Source: Paramoeba atlantica (taxonomy: Eukaryota; Protista; Discosea). From it: a DNA stretch of 64,000 nucleotides. The notes below the pieces were generated by a model. The model was not told where the DNA came from and made no database searches. It saw only the letters and a program-made list of their open reading frames with translations. Numbering within the stretch: the first letter of the stretch is position 1; every line of letters starts with the position of its first letter. Shown in pieces: positions 52,790 through 62,666 of this stretch. The stretch is taken from assembly GCA_977017575.1 (NCBI GenBank), contig CDRNVI010000032.1:62001-126000 (forward strand), read 5' to 3'. A program made the translations under genes and the position numbers.

Positions 52790-53599
52790 TTAAGTCCGTG
52801 TAATGAACGAAGAATAATACATAAATTTTTCACAAGGAGTCAGTCCACTCCATGCCAAGCGCAGGGCGGGATAAACTTGCACTTTCCAACTGTCATTTGT
52901 TTCAAAAGAACCCTCTTTGTTGCCTTCTTGGTCGCTGCGAAATCGTTTTCTCATTTTGTCACGAAAATAACCTGTGTGCATGTGCTCAAAGAACTCAAAA
53001 GGCGTAAAACTGACGGATGTTTTATTTTTGTTAGCTGTACGATTATTGATCTCGTTTCTGCGTAGACTACCATGACCGACAGAAGCACATGTATAAAGAA
53101 TTTGCAATAAAGTCTCTTCCGTGTCACAATTATTACGACGCATCGACTGTTGCACAGCATACACGCGTTCAGTTTGCCGTGTCTGTTTCACCCTTTGTCT
53201 AATATAGGCCTTGTGCATTCGCAGCCCTATCGAAGAATATAATGAGTGATTCTCAATTTGAGATGAATACCAAAGATCGTTACCTGAATAATAGCAGGCG
53301 ATGGAGGGCATAAAATAGTCAAGCTCTGTTTTCTCCACTAATAAATTATGATGTTTCGAGGATTTCCACCCTTTTTGAACAAAATAAACCATTTTCTGCT
53401 GTTCAAAAAAAGAAGGAAAAGCAATATCCCGAGAAGTATGTGAACTATAATTTGAAGATTTCGGAATCTTGGTATCCAGGAAGTTTGAAGTTGCAATTTT
53501 TGAGACGCCATCGTTTATAGAAACGGAATGTACTGCAGTTTTTGTCACATCGGAAAAGCGATCATATTCGTCACTGTCATCATCCCAATTAGTGAACAT
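52790..53599 (-). CDS. Hypothetical protein
   Basis: Open frame from MFTNWDDD on the polycistron strand. No motif confidently recognised. Confidence 0.6.
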   Translation of the reverse strand: MFTNWDDDSDEYDRFSDVTKTAVHSVSINDGVSKIATSNFLDTKIPKSSNYSSHTSRDIAFPSFFEQQKMVYFVQKGWKSSKHHNLLVEKTELDYFMPSIACYYSGNDLWYSSQIENHSLYSSIGLRMHKAYIRQRVKQTRQTERVYAVQQSMRRNNCDTEETLLQILYTCASVGHGSLRRNEINNRTANKNKTSVSFTPFEFFEHMHTGYFRDKMRKRFRSDQEGNKEGSFETNDSWKVQVYPALRLAWSGLTPCEKFMYYSSFITRT

Positions 53600-54010
53600 T
53601 TTTAAGGAGGAACAAAAGGTCTTATTTAGTCTGATTTGGGGTGTCACAAAATAATTACGACTTATGCTATGCTCCCCTTGAATAACTATAACGCACAATA
53701 GCTAATAGGTTGAGTTCGATCAATATGTCGCAAAGAATATGACTGTAAAATGTATCTTCTATAAACTAATATTCATTGCTAACTCATAGAGGTAGACGGC
53801 GAGTGCCCTGGGACTCAATACTTTGAGATTAGCACAAAGAAGTTTAGACAATTTTTACGAAAAAATGGAGCAAACTGTTTAAAAAACGTTTGTTCCATCA
53901 ATTTCCCATCAAAATTTTCGTTAGCATGATAGAACGGTGCCTTTGGCTCCAGGCAAATATAGCTACGGCGAAAGTCTCAACACATTGAGATCGCAGAGCA
54001 GGTAAAAGAA

Positions 54011-54886
54011 TTATCCTACCTTGACTTCGTACGGAAGAGGTTCAGGGCTATATTTTGAAAAATGATTCCCACTTAAATCCACTACGCGAATCGAATCCGG
54101 AATTGCCGAGGCATCTACTTGACCTGTGAACTGATTATTTTCCAAATACAGGTAACGCATTGATTTAGGTAGTGCTGTAATATTTATTGTTCCTGTAAAA
54201 TGGTTATTCGCAAGATGTAGTCGTTGCATATTTTGAGGAAGACATTCTAGTTCCAGCGATCCTGAAAAATTGTTTTTTGAGGCATACAAACGTGTCATCT
54301 GATAGGGTAGAGTAATCAAGGGAAGAGTGCCGACAAAACTATTTCCTATTATGTCCAATTCTTGGAGCATTGGAGGAAGGTCTTCCCAGTCTATGACACC
54401 ACAAAGCTGATTGCTACGAAGGTGAAGAATTTGCATACTTTTCGGCACGTCTCGCAGTATGAGCCTCCCGGTAAAACAATTTTCATCCACCACAAATTCA
54501 CGAACAGTGGGAGGAAGTTCAGCAAATTCTATTGTCCCTCGTAAAGAATTACTAGTAAATAGGGCCCCAAGATAGATGGTTTTAATCGTGTCTGGTAGAT
54601 GCGACCATTGTGGGTATCCTCCTATCCCTGTCATACTCCACTGCAAAGAGACAACTTGGCCTGAATCGCCGCAGATGACTCCCTTCCACAAACATGCGTC
54701 AGTATCCGTAGTCCACGAAACGTGAAGATTGGTGACGTTGCGAAGGAAAATATCTAGGTGATATTCCGGAGGAAGTTGGGATCCACGAACCCGACCAACA
54801 CGGAGCGAGGCAACATGTGCCGAGGAAGTATCATCCGCTGTGCTCACCAACAGTGCTGCATACCTTACATATCCAAACGAATACAT
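54011..54886 (-). CDS. Short LRR protein (member 9 of 10)
   Basis: STADD...RVGRVRGSQLPPEYHL and ACLWKGVIC cap. Confidence 0.9.
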   Translation of the reverse strand: MYSFGYVRYAALLVSTADDTSSAHVASLRVGRVRGSQLPPEYHLDIFLRNVTNLHVSWTTDTDACLWKGVICGDSGQVVSLQWSMTGIGGYPQWSHLPDTIKTIYLGALFTSNSLRGTIEFAELPPTVREFVVDENCFTGRLILRDVPKSMQILHLRSNQLCGVIDWEDLPPMLQELDIIGNSFVGTLPLITLPYQMTRLYASKNNFSGSLELECLPQNMQRLHLANNHFTGTINITALPKSMRYLYLENNQFTGQVDASAIPDSIRVVDLSGNHFSKYSPEPLPYEVKVG

Positions 54887-55227
54887 GAATTTTAAGCTTA
54901 TGAGAACATAAACCTCTAATTGCCTACACTGCGTTGTGCTTTAATTGTGACTTGAATGTAGTAATAAAAGTATAAATACTCGGAAGATTTCTCCTGTAGC
55001 AAAATCAAAATAAATTTTATTCCGAAAGTGCAAAGAATTCAGACTGGGGATGACTCTTCTGAGTCATCTTCTGACGTAATATCAATTACGAAACGCGAAC
55101 TTCTGATACTCAGAGAACGTACATGCAGACGCTGTATGTTATGGTTCGTACGATCAACTATAAAATAAATATAACATTTTCTAACGTAGCAACACTTTAA
55201 TAAATTAAGAATAGATCTCTTGTTTTC

Positions 55228-55845
55228 TTATCCCAGTCGCAAAACAACACGGGGTGGAACAAAAGCATCCTTAGGAACGACTTGTGCCCCCAAAATGTCC
55301 AAACGCTTCAAACGCGTGGGCAATAAAAGAAAGTTGATTTCCCCAACAAAAGAGTTACCACTCAGGCTAAGAATTTCTAATGTGCTGGGAAGCTGTGTAA
55401 GATCTAGCGTACCTGAGAAAAAGTTTTCTTTCAAGTCAAGCAATCGCAGCTCAGGAGGCAGCACCGTCATATCCAGCTCTCCATGGTACTGTGCATGAAA
55501 CACGGAAAACAACACGAGTGTTCGGGGAAGCACTCCAAGAGGTAACGTGCCGTTTAAGTAGTTGACGCGAAAAAATTGCTCGTAACGTCCAGCGCCTAAG
55601 TTTATGTGCGTTACGTGCGGTGGTGTGTGTTCCCACCGCACACTACCGCGTAGGAGCATTCCCTGCCACGAAATATGCGAAACGACGCGGGAATCGACAC
55701 ATTTCACACCCAACCAAGAGCACACAGGGGTGTGCGTCGTCCAGCTTTCGTGTGGATTCGCAATAGGCTGAATTAAATAAGCCATCTCGTACTCAGGTGG
55801 CAGGGAGTTGCCTCGGATGCGACAAGGGCGTATAAAGTCATTCAT
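55228..55845 (-). CDS. Short LRR protein (member 10 of 10), lacking the hydrophobic leader
   Basis: MNDFIRPCRIRGNSLPPEYEM and VCSWLGVKC cap. Confidence 0.88.
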   Translation of the reverse strand: MNDFIRPCRIRGNSLPPEYEMAYLIQPIANPHESWTTHTPVCSWLGVKCVDSRVVSHISWQGMLLRGSVRWEHTPPHVTHINLGAGRYEQFFRVNYLNGTLPLGVLPRTLVLFSVFHAQYHGELDMTVLPPELRLLDLKENFFSGTLDLTQLPSTLEILSLSGNSFVGEINFLLLPTRLKRLDILGAQVVPKDAFVPPRVVLRLG

Positions 55846-56692
55846 GCTGATTTTCTTAGAACAAAGAATGACACTACGTGTATTGGCAAAAAATTACTGT
55901 TGTAATTGTAATGAATCCACATATCAGGGACAATTTCCACAAAAATGTTTCAATATTTATTGTCCCTAGTTGTTTCAACAATGGTTTGAGCCACCTGGGT
56001 TCCTGCCTGTCGCAGGAATTAAAATAACGGAAAATAGGTATACAAATAACATACAGTAGTGTATGTAGATAAATTTTTGTTTTTGAAAAAAGCGTCAAGT
56101 TAAAAAGATGTGAAAAAGGCGAATTAACCTTTTCTTTGACCTGAGCGTCCAACACCTCTCCTCATTAAGAACATGTGGCGAGCTCTGGATGAACAAGTAA
56201 AGTCTGCCTTATCGACCGAGCGCGAAGAATTTTGCGCGGGTTCAGGTGCTGTCTTCACCCCCGTCATTGCAGACGGGGTGACCGAGGGAGTCGCCACCAG
56301 CGACCTTGCAGAAGTCTTCTGTGGGTCACACTGGGTAGCACAGCGTACGCAAGATTACAATGGGTAACTATAGAATCTCCAAAGATTGCGCTCGTGTATG
56401 TAATGCATAAATGTACTGCATGTAAGGGAGATACAACGTCATACAGTATGTTACTAACCGTTGCCAACATTATCTTGTGTGATTCTGACAAAAAGTACTT
56501 TGCGATAGTTTTTCAGAAAGCAAAATGCTGCATTTTTCATGAACAAAAGTAATTTCGAAACAACTGCGTCAAACAGTGTGATCATCACGATAGATACTTA
56601 ATAGTAGTAATTAATAATAAACCAAACTACCAGTAGTAATACAGTAGTACTTAGAGGGCTGTAGATACTTAGAGGGCTGAAACTAGAGATTT

Positions 56693-57821
56693 ACGATCCC
56701 GGCCGATCCCACCGGTCCTGGTTGAATTTACGTGGAAGAAAAGATTTGGTGAAAACGCGAGTTCTAGAAATTCGACGAAAGAAAGAGCAACTATTTTTGA
56801 GGAAACTCATTCAATTGTTAAAAATCAAAAACAATGTGCATATGAAGGTACTGACCACCCCACTTAAACGCACCCAGGTTTTGGCCTAAAATTGCGCATA
56901 AATAGCCCCATAAAAAGGGGTGAAAAAAATTTTTTGCGACGCTTCGCGGCGCGTGTTTCTATCATGAGTTATATACGCGGGGTACCCTTCGGGGCTGCTT
57001 TTTATATACTATCCCCCCTAGCAATCCGCTTTCTGCTTTTGGACTTGTTCCCCCTTCTTCCTCTACGGTCCTCCAAAGTCGATATCAAAAGCGATGTCCC
57101 ATTCTTCTGACACGGATCGTTGCATGTATAAGAATGTGGCGCGATAGTGTCTGAGGTACATGAATGGGTTGGAACCGCAGCCATTCCAAAAGCCAAAGTT
57201 TCGGATGTATTCAGCGTGAAGTTAGAAGTTTTTATCAAGGGTCGTCAAGATACCTGCGATAAAGACAGCAAGGAAGCCCTGTAAAACAGACTTAGACTGA
57301 TGTACAGTAAAGTATGCAGACTCGCCGTACAGATCGGTGGAGGTCAGTGTGGATCAGAGGAGATCTCTAGAGATCGATGAAGATAATTCTCGAACTCCCC
57401 AAAGGGACTACCTGCAGACTCTCCATTTCAACAGCGGTGAAAATCTGTACAAAAATTCGTACCCCCCAAAAAAATGCCCGCCGCTTTGCGGCGCTGTTAT
57501 TCTGAACGATGCGTCAAAATTGCGCTTAAGTGGCCGGGTCAAACGGTTGCGCATAAGTAGAGGGGGGGGGGACAGTAGGAGAAACTAAACAAAAAGTGGA
57601 ATCTTTACGGTGGAATCTCCCTTTTTTCCCCCAATTTTTGTTTCTAAAAAAATACTCCAATGCTTTTTCGAGTTCAGCGATTTTACAATCCTTCTAGATT
57701 GGTATTGGCGAAAGAGAAGACTTTGACTTAGAGGGCTAAAACGATCCCGGCCGATCCCACCGGTCCTGGTAGAATTTACGTGGAAGAAAAGACTTGGTGA
57801 AAACGCAAGTTCTAGAAATTC
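56693..57821 (+). repeat. 81-bp direct repeat pair (56693-56773 and 57741-57821)
   Basis: acgatcccggccgatcccaccggtcctgg...gttctagaaattc occurs twice with 3 mismatches. Each copy is preceded by acttagagggct. Confidence 0.9.
56851..57575. mobile_element. MITE with CTG(A/T)CCCC termini, TA-flanked
   Basis: Left ta|ctgaccaccccacttaaacgcacc; right ggttgcgcataagtagaggggggggggacag|ta. Subterminal aaaattgcgc(a/t)taa and cgctt(c/t)gcggcgc motifs. Confidence 0.65.
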
Positions 57822-58250
57822 TCAGCTAGGACAATAAATAAACCAAGCATACGACCAGTTGCCATAGGGGAAGTGCTAATGAAATTGGCTGGGTGCATTC
57901 TCGTTCAAAGATATGAAAATATGCTGGGAACACTTTTCGTACCACTACAGCATGGCGTGCTCTCGAAAGCAGGTTGCAAACGATTCGTTCACACACTAAA
58001 TGAGGGAGTTGCTATGCCCTGTCCATGGTATCATGTTCAGGGGAACATCAACTCCCCATTATCTCGGCGTAGTAAACACGCCTTGGCTTGCCTGGCACTA
58101 CGATTGCCGAAAAAAATATATTTTCGGTTCATTTCGCAGCCCAGTCGCTTCCCACTTAAGGGGCCCGCTCCCACAACCGAGTGATCTCCCCGGCAGCTCG
58201 GTTTTACTCATGCGTCGAGAAGGCTGGGGTGTGAGACCAGGGTGCATTTA
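57822..58250 (+). pseudogene. Degenerate reverse-transcriptase fragment of a CRE/SLACS/CZAR-clade non-LTR retrotransposon
   Basis: Extending ORF 57873 upstream gives KPSIRPVAIGEVLMKLAGCIL....LGTLFVPLQHGVLSKAGCKRFVHTL (cf. IRPIAVGE.LRRL...L.P.Q.GV...GG.E..VH). A downstream frame has GVRPGC (cf. GVRQG). Confidence 0.7.
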
Positions 58251-58476
58251 TAGAAAATTTTCGGAAGAAGAAATACGAAGGAAATTTTACTGCATAATGG
58301 AGTAGAAAACTTTGAGTGCAATAGAACAAAGGGTTGGCGTAAACCTTTGGTTAACGTTTTTTCTTTTGGGGGGGGGATTTACTTTCTTTGCCATTCCTCA
58401 TGCTATCCACTCATAAATTTTACTAATTACTCTAGATTCGTGTGTTTGTTTCCTCCAGTTACGCTTTCTATAATTC

Positions 58477-59061
58477 TTACATAGGGTCTACATGTACATC
58501 GCCAGCTCTTAGAGCTGAGTTCAGGAGTGCTTCTTTTATGTCATAATTATGCTCTTCTCGAGTCAACCCGTCCGCTGGGTTTTCTTTAGATTTAATATGG
58601 AAAATTCGAAAAGAATGTCCATGTTTCCCTATCTGTCCATGCATTTCCGTGATCTCATTACACATCGATCTCCTAACTGATGTACGCCCCGATTCTGATG
58701 GTATTTCACTCTGGTGAAACCAGTGTCGCATATCAGCGGATAAAAAGTTTACGTTGGGGAAATTTTCTATTACATGGATAATTTCAGCGATAGCTGGAAA
58801 ATTCAAGCAAGGAGGGCGATTGCACATCTCATTTAGTGGTGTTCCATCCGCAATACTTCTTGACAATTCCTCCCCTTTTGATGCCTCGAAGTAACGTAAA
58901 TATAAACGTGATGATGATCGAGAGTCGTGTGCCACACGTAGCACCCCGCATTCCACGAGTTCTAATAAATGTTGTAACCAAACCCCGGAGGCTAGTTTCC
59001 TTATTTTCCCGTGAAAAGGGGGACAATTTATCCATTCAATAAAATTTTGGGTACTTTTCAA
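58477..59061 (-). pseudogene. Internally deleted RT-RNase H of a DIRS/Ngaro-type (VIPER/TATE-like) retroelement
   Basis: YFEASKGEELSRSIADGTPLNEMC.RPP.LNFP.I..I......NFLSADMRHWFHQ (RT domains 1-3) is joined in frame to FRIFHIKSKENPADGLTR (RNase H C-terminus). The YxDD region is missing. Confidence 0.75.
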
Positions 59062-59324
59062 TGCCGTGCAACATTTGATACCCCATGGTAAACCATGTTT
59101 TAGGTGTGTTGATGTAAAGAAACCAAGTTGCTCCTTCAGTATTTATGATGAATCTTCGTTAACAAAGAATATATCGGGTATAAATGCATCAAGCAAAGCA
59201 ACCGTTTGCTTTTTTTTTCTAGTTTTCTTTTTTCTCTCTCCACCGAATAAGCACTAACGCGTTCACTATCGTCGGTCTGAATTTCTGATTCAATATTCCT
59301 ACTAGGCGAGATATCCTGAAAAGC

Positions 59325-59592
59325 CGTATTCCGAGCGTCAACCCGAGATGTCCGGTGTGTGCCTCGATACTTCCGTATGGGGGGATCTATAACGCACCAA
59401 CAATACTCCCCCCCTTTGTTTTCTCTCCCCCGAACACTCCATATTTTTCAACTTCATATTCGTATTCCGAGCGTCAACCCGAGACGTCCGGTGTGTGCCT
59501 CGATACTTCCATATGGGGGGATCTATAACGCACCAACATTACTCCCCCCCTTTGTTTTCTCGCCCCCGAACACTCCATATTTTTCAACTTCA
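59325..59592 (+). repeat. 136-bp tandem duplication (2 copies)
   Basis: cgtattccgagcgtcaacccgaga...ttttcaacttca at 59325 and 59461, with few differences. Confidence 0.92.
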
Positions 59593-59770
59593 AATCTTCT
59601 TAGGGGGTAGGACTCCCGTTACCATGCCTCAAGTGAGGATTAAGGAACTAAGGTTTTTTTTTTCGGAAATCGTAGTGCCAGGCAAGCCAAGGCGTGTTTA
59701 CTACGCCGAGATAATGGGGGGTCGCTGTTCCCCTGAACATGATACCATGGACAGGGCATAGCAACTCCCT

Positions 59771-60519
59771 CATTATCACTCCTTCGTAAGCACCATGTTA
59801 CCGGGACCAAGCCCTAGGTGCCAGGCATGCCATAGCACGTCACAACTTCCCACCCTCTCCCTTCTGTTTTTATTCTGTTTTCACTTCATTAAAAAAACAT
59901 GCTGGAGAGGAGGATGTATAGCGCAAATGGAACAGCAAGTGTGCACCGAAGGACACGGAGCCCATGGGCCTCCCAGCACGAATGCTGGGGCGGTGGTACC
60001 CCGAAGGGTACGGAGCCCATGGGCCTCGTTACAGAGGATGTATAAATGCAACGGCAAGTGTGCCCCGAAGGACACGGAGCCCATGGGCCTCCCAGTACGA
60101 ATGCTGGGGCGGTGGTACCCCGAAGGGTACGGAGCCCATGGGCCTCGTTACAGAGGATGTATAAATGCAACGGCAAGTGTGCCCCGAAGGACACGGAGCC
60201 CATGGGCCTCCCAGCACGACTGCTGGGGCAGTGATACCCGAAGGGTACGGAGCCCATGGGCCTTGTTACAGATGATGAAGTACTGCCAGGCCGGGACCAA
60301 GCGAATTGATGCGTGACATTTTCAGGCGTGTATGATTGTTTAGTTAAATGTTTAGCTAAATGTAGCAGTTATACTGGATACTAGAAACAAGTAGTTCAAT
60401 TATATTTAGTTTATAATCGTGCTATAGATGTGTTGAAATCTTCACCCTCAGACTCCGCCGAATATGGCGGTGCCGGGCTTGGGACCGGTAACAAGCGTGT
60501 TTACGAAGGAGTGATAATG
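59771..60519. mobile_element. 749-bp element with about 45-bp imperfect TIRs enclosing a tandem hairpin array
   Basis: 59771 cattatcactccttcgtaagcaccatgttaccgggaccaagccc versus the reverse complement of 60475-60519, cattatcactccttcgtaaacacgcttgttaccggtcccaagccc. No clear TSD. Confidence 0.7.
59910..60280. repeat. Three 119-bp tandem units, each with two cgaagg..acggagcccatgggcc cores and three hairpins (UUCG loops on the minus strand)
   Basis: cgaagg at 59947, 60066 and 60185 (period 119). Minus-strand hairpins gtaccc-ttcg-gggtac, gtgtcc-ttcg-gggcac and cccagca-ttcg-tgctggg. Confidence 0.92.
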
Positions 60520-60695
60520 TTAAAAAATAATGGGTAACCGGAACTATAAATGTAGGTTAAAATCCATTTTTTTCTGATGATTTTTTTCCGCTCGAAAAAA
60601 CTTTTACGTGGCTTTTTAAAACGTTTCCACTCGTACTCATGACGTTCCAACTTATATTTCAATGCTTGGAATACTCAATGGACCGCCCAGGATAT

Positions 60696-60760
60696 ACTAC
60701 ATTGGTCTACTACATGTACATGTAGTACATGTAGTACTACTACATGTACATTGGTCTACT
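60696..60760. repeat. Palindromic TACATGTA/CTA simple repeat flanked by tacattggtctact direct repeats
   Basis: tactacattggtctactacatgtacatgtagtacatgtagtactactacatgtacattggtctact. Confidence 0.85.
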
Positions 60761-61439
60761 TGGTATTGGTGACCTGTAAAAAGGATAAGGTGCGCTCCCA
60801 GGCGCTCCAGGACACTCCCATCCAGTTTGAACCCTCTTGGAAGCCACCACGGCTACTCCCTTCGCGTTGAGAACTGCTTCAGCGTTTAATGAAGGGACTA
60901 AAAAGGAAAAAATTGCGAAACGGTCCAGAATAATCCAACTTTTGGTACAAATACCCGATTCTCCCCATATTTCGTATTCTCCCCATATTTCGGACGTTTT
61001 TTGGGGTCTTACCATTAGAGGTAGGGGGCACATCTGATCGAAAAAACGTGTGGTCTGGTAAGTAAGCAAAAAGAAAAAATAAGAAAAGAGATCAACGAAA
61101 GATCAAAACCTTTTTCCTGAGTCCTTTTGGGAAAGATTGTTCAAACAAATTTTACTTGTTTTCAACCTACATTTATAGTGCCGGTGAACCAAAATAATTT
61201 ACAAGCAGTCTCCTTTTTAGAACAACTTCACTTTTAGTCATTTTCTGTTTCTTTTAACGAATCGTAACTACAATATGCAAATGCACAGAATCGTCAAACA
61301 TGTTGCATCCCATCCCATCCCATCCCCCCCCGCACTTACCGAGGACACGAAGGTGAGGAACAGTTTGAAGACGGCACCGATTAGAAGATGACTCACGAAA
61401 CATAAGTACACAACATAAATGCTAAGAAGCACAGATGCT

Positions 61440-61578
61440 ATCCGCGCCGCGAAGCTGCGCGACTTTTTTTTATTTTTTTTGTCCGAAATATCTTTTCCCC
61501 TTGAGATATTTCTGACCAGGCTCCTTAAGCGCAATTTTCGGCCAAAACCCGGTTGCGCTTAAGTGGGGGGGGGGGCAG
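61440..61578. mobile_element. Right terminus of the same MITE family as 56851 (inverted copy of that left end)
   Basis: cgcgccgcgaagc...cttaagcgcaattttcggccaaaacccggttgcgcttaagtgggggggggggcag|ta is the reverse complement of 56851-56955. Further related ta|ctgt(c/g)cccc ends lie at about 61607 and 61667. Confidence 0.65.
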
Positions 61579-61991
61579 TATATAGCTGCCCCCCCACTGG
61601 GCTGTATACTGTCCCCTTCATAAATAATTATAAATTTGCCAGAATTTATAACGCTGCCATATTTATACTGTGCCCCCCCACTTAATTGTCGTAGTCCCAC
61701 CCCCACCACTTAATTGTCCTTTTTGGCGAAGCGGCGCCGGATTTCTTTTTTGGGGGGGGCTCAAATTTTTCCCTACGAACCTGATACATACAGTATATCA
61801 GGACCCGACGTAAGTTTGTATTTATATACTGTCTAGTTCAAGTTTTTCATGTCAAAATACGCTATACCTACGTTTCTAACTTTTTTTCGGTTACTTCCTT
61901 TGTATGGATAATAGTTATTCACCCCCGCCACCCCTCCCTTCTCCCCTCCCTGCGAACCGTCATTGTCCTCCAACACGGGGGTGTCGCTCGC

Positions 61992-62213
61992 GCCACCCCC
62001 GCTAAATAGGGGGGGAAGGTGGTAGTTGTTTTGGAGAATATGAGAGGCCGAACGCACGGAGGGGCCGGCCGGGCCAAAGAAGCTAGATCTTGTGTACCCG
62101 TCCGCGACAGGAACCGGCTGATAAATTACCTTTGCTCCCGGTAAGGCCACGGAGTTGCGAGAGGCCTCCATACCCCACAACTGCCACCTTCCCCCCTATT
62201 TAGCGGGGGTTGC
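61992..62213. repeat. About 36-bp inverted repeat pair separated by about 150 bp
   Basis: gccacccccgctaaatagggggggaaggtggtagttg (61992) versus caactgccaccttcccccctatttagcgggggttgc (62178). It shares ccccc.tatttagc with the 30688 MITE end. Confidence 0.8.
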
Positions 62214-62666
62214 GCACTGAGAACCTAGTATGTCTCGAGAAGTCTAGTATGTCACTGAGAACCTGTATGTCTACCCCTTCCGCAGGATTGTCCAGAGTCA
62301 AGGCCCAACTGTGAGCGAAGCCCACTTCTGGAGGCAAAAGTCCCCATTTGCGAGCAAGGCCCAACCGTGAGCGAAGCCCACTTCTGGAGGCAAAAGCCCC
62401 CATTTGCGAGCAAGGACCAACTGTGAGCGTAGCCCTGGGACAGAGTTATATTTTTTGGCAACCCGCGCGCTGGAGCGCGCGGGTCGCACACTGAGAACCT
62501 ATGTCTACCCCTTCCGCAGAATTGGCCAGAGGCAAGGCCCAACTGTGCGAAGCCCACTTCTGGAGGCAAAAGCCCTCTTTTGCGAGCAAGGCCTAACCGT
62601 GAGCGAACCCCACTTCTGGAGGCAAAAGCTCCAGCGCGCGGGTCGCGCACTGAGAATCTATGTCTA
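62213..62666 (+). repeat. Complex minisatellite (about 59-bp caaggcccaac..tgagcgaagcccacttctggaggcaaaag units plus gcactgagaacctatgtcta units)
   Basis: cccacttctggaggcaaaag occurs 4 times (about 62323, 62378, 62553, 62609). cactgagaa..tatgtc occurs about 4 times. Confidence 0.88.

Noticed and set aside
56173-56552. Small ORFs on both strands after the last LRR gene
   Set aside because: They are short, mutually overlapping, and have no recognisable motif.
59910-60280. CRISPR-like repeat-spacer appearance (six palindromic cores separated by about 25-30 bp)
   Set aside because: The 'spacers' alternate between only two sequences, so this is a 119-bp tandem repeat. The context is eukaryotic and there are no cas genes.
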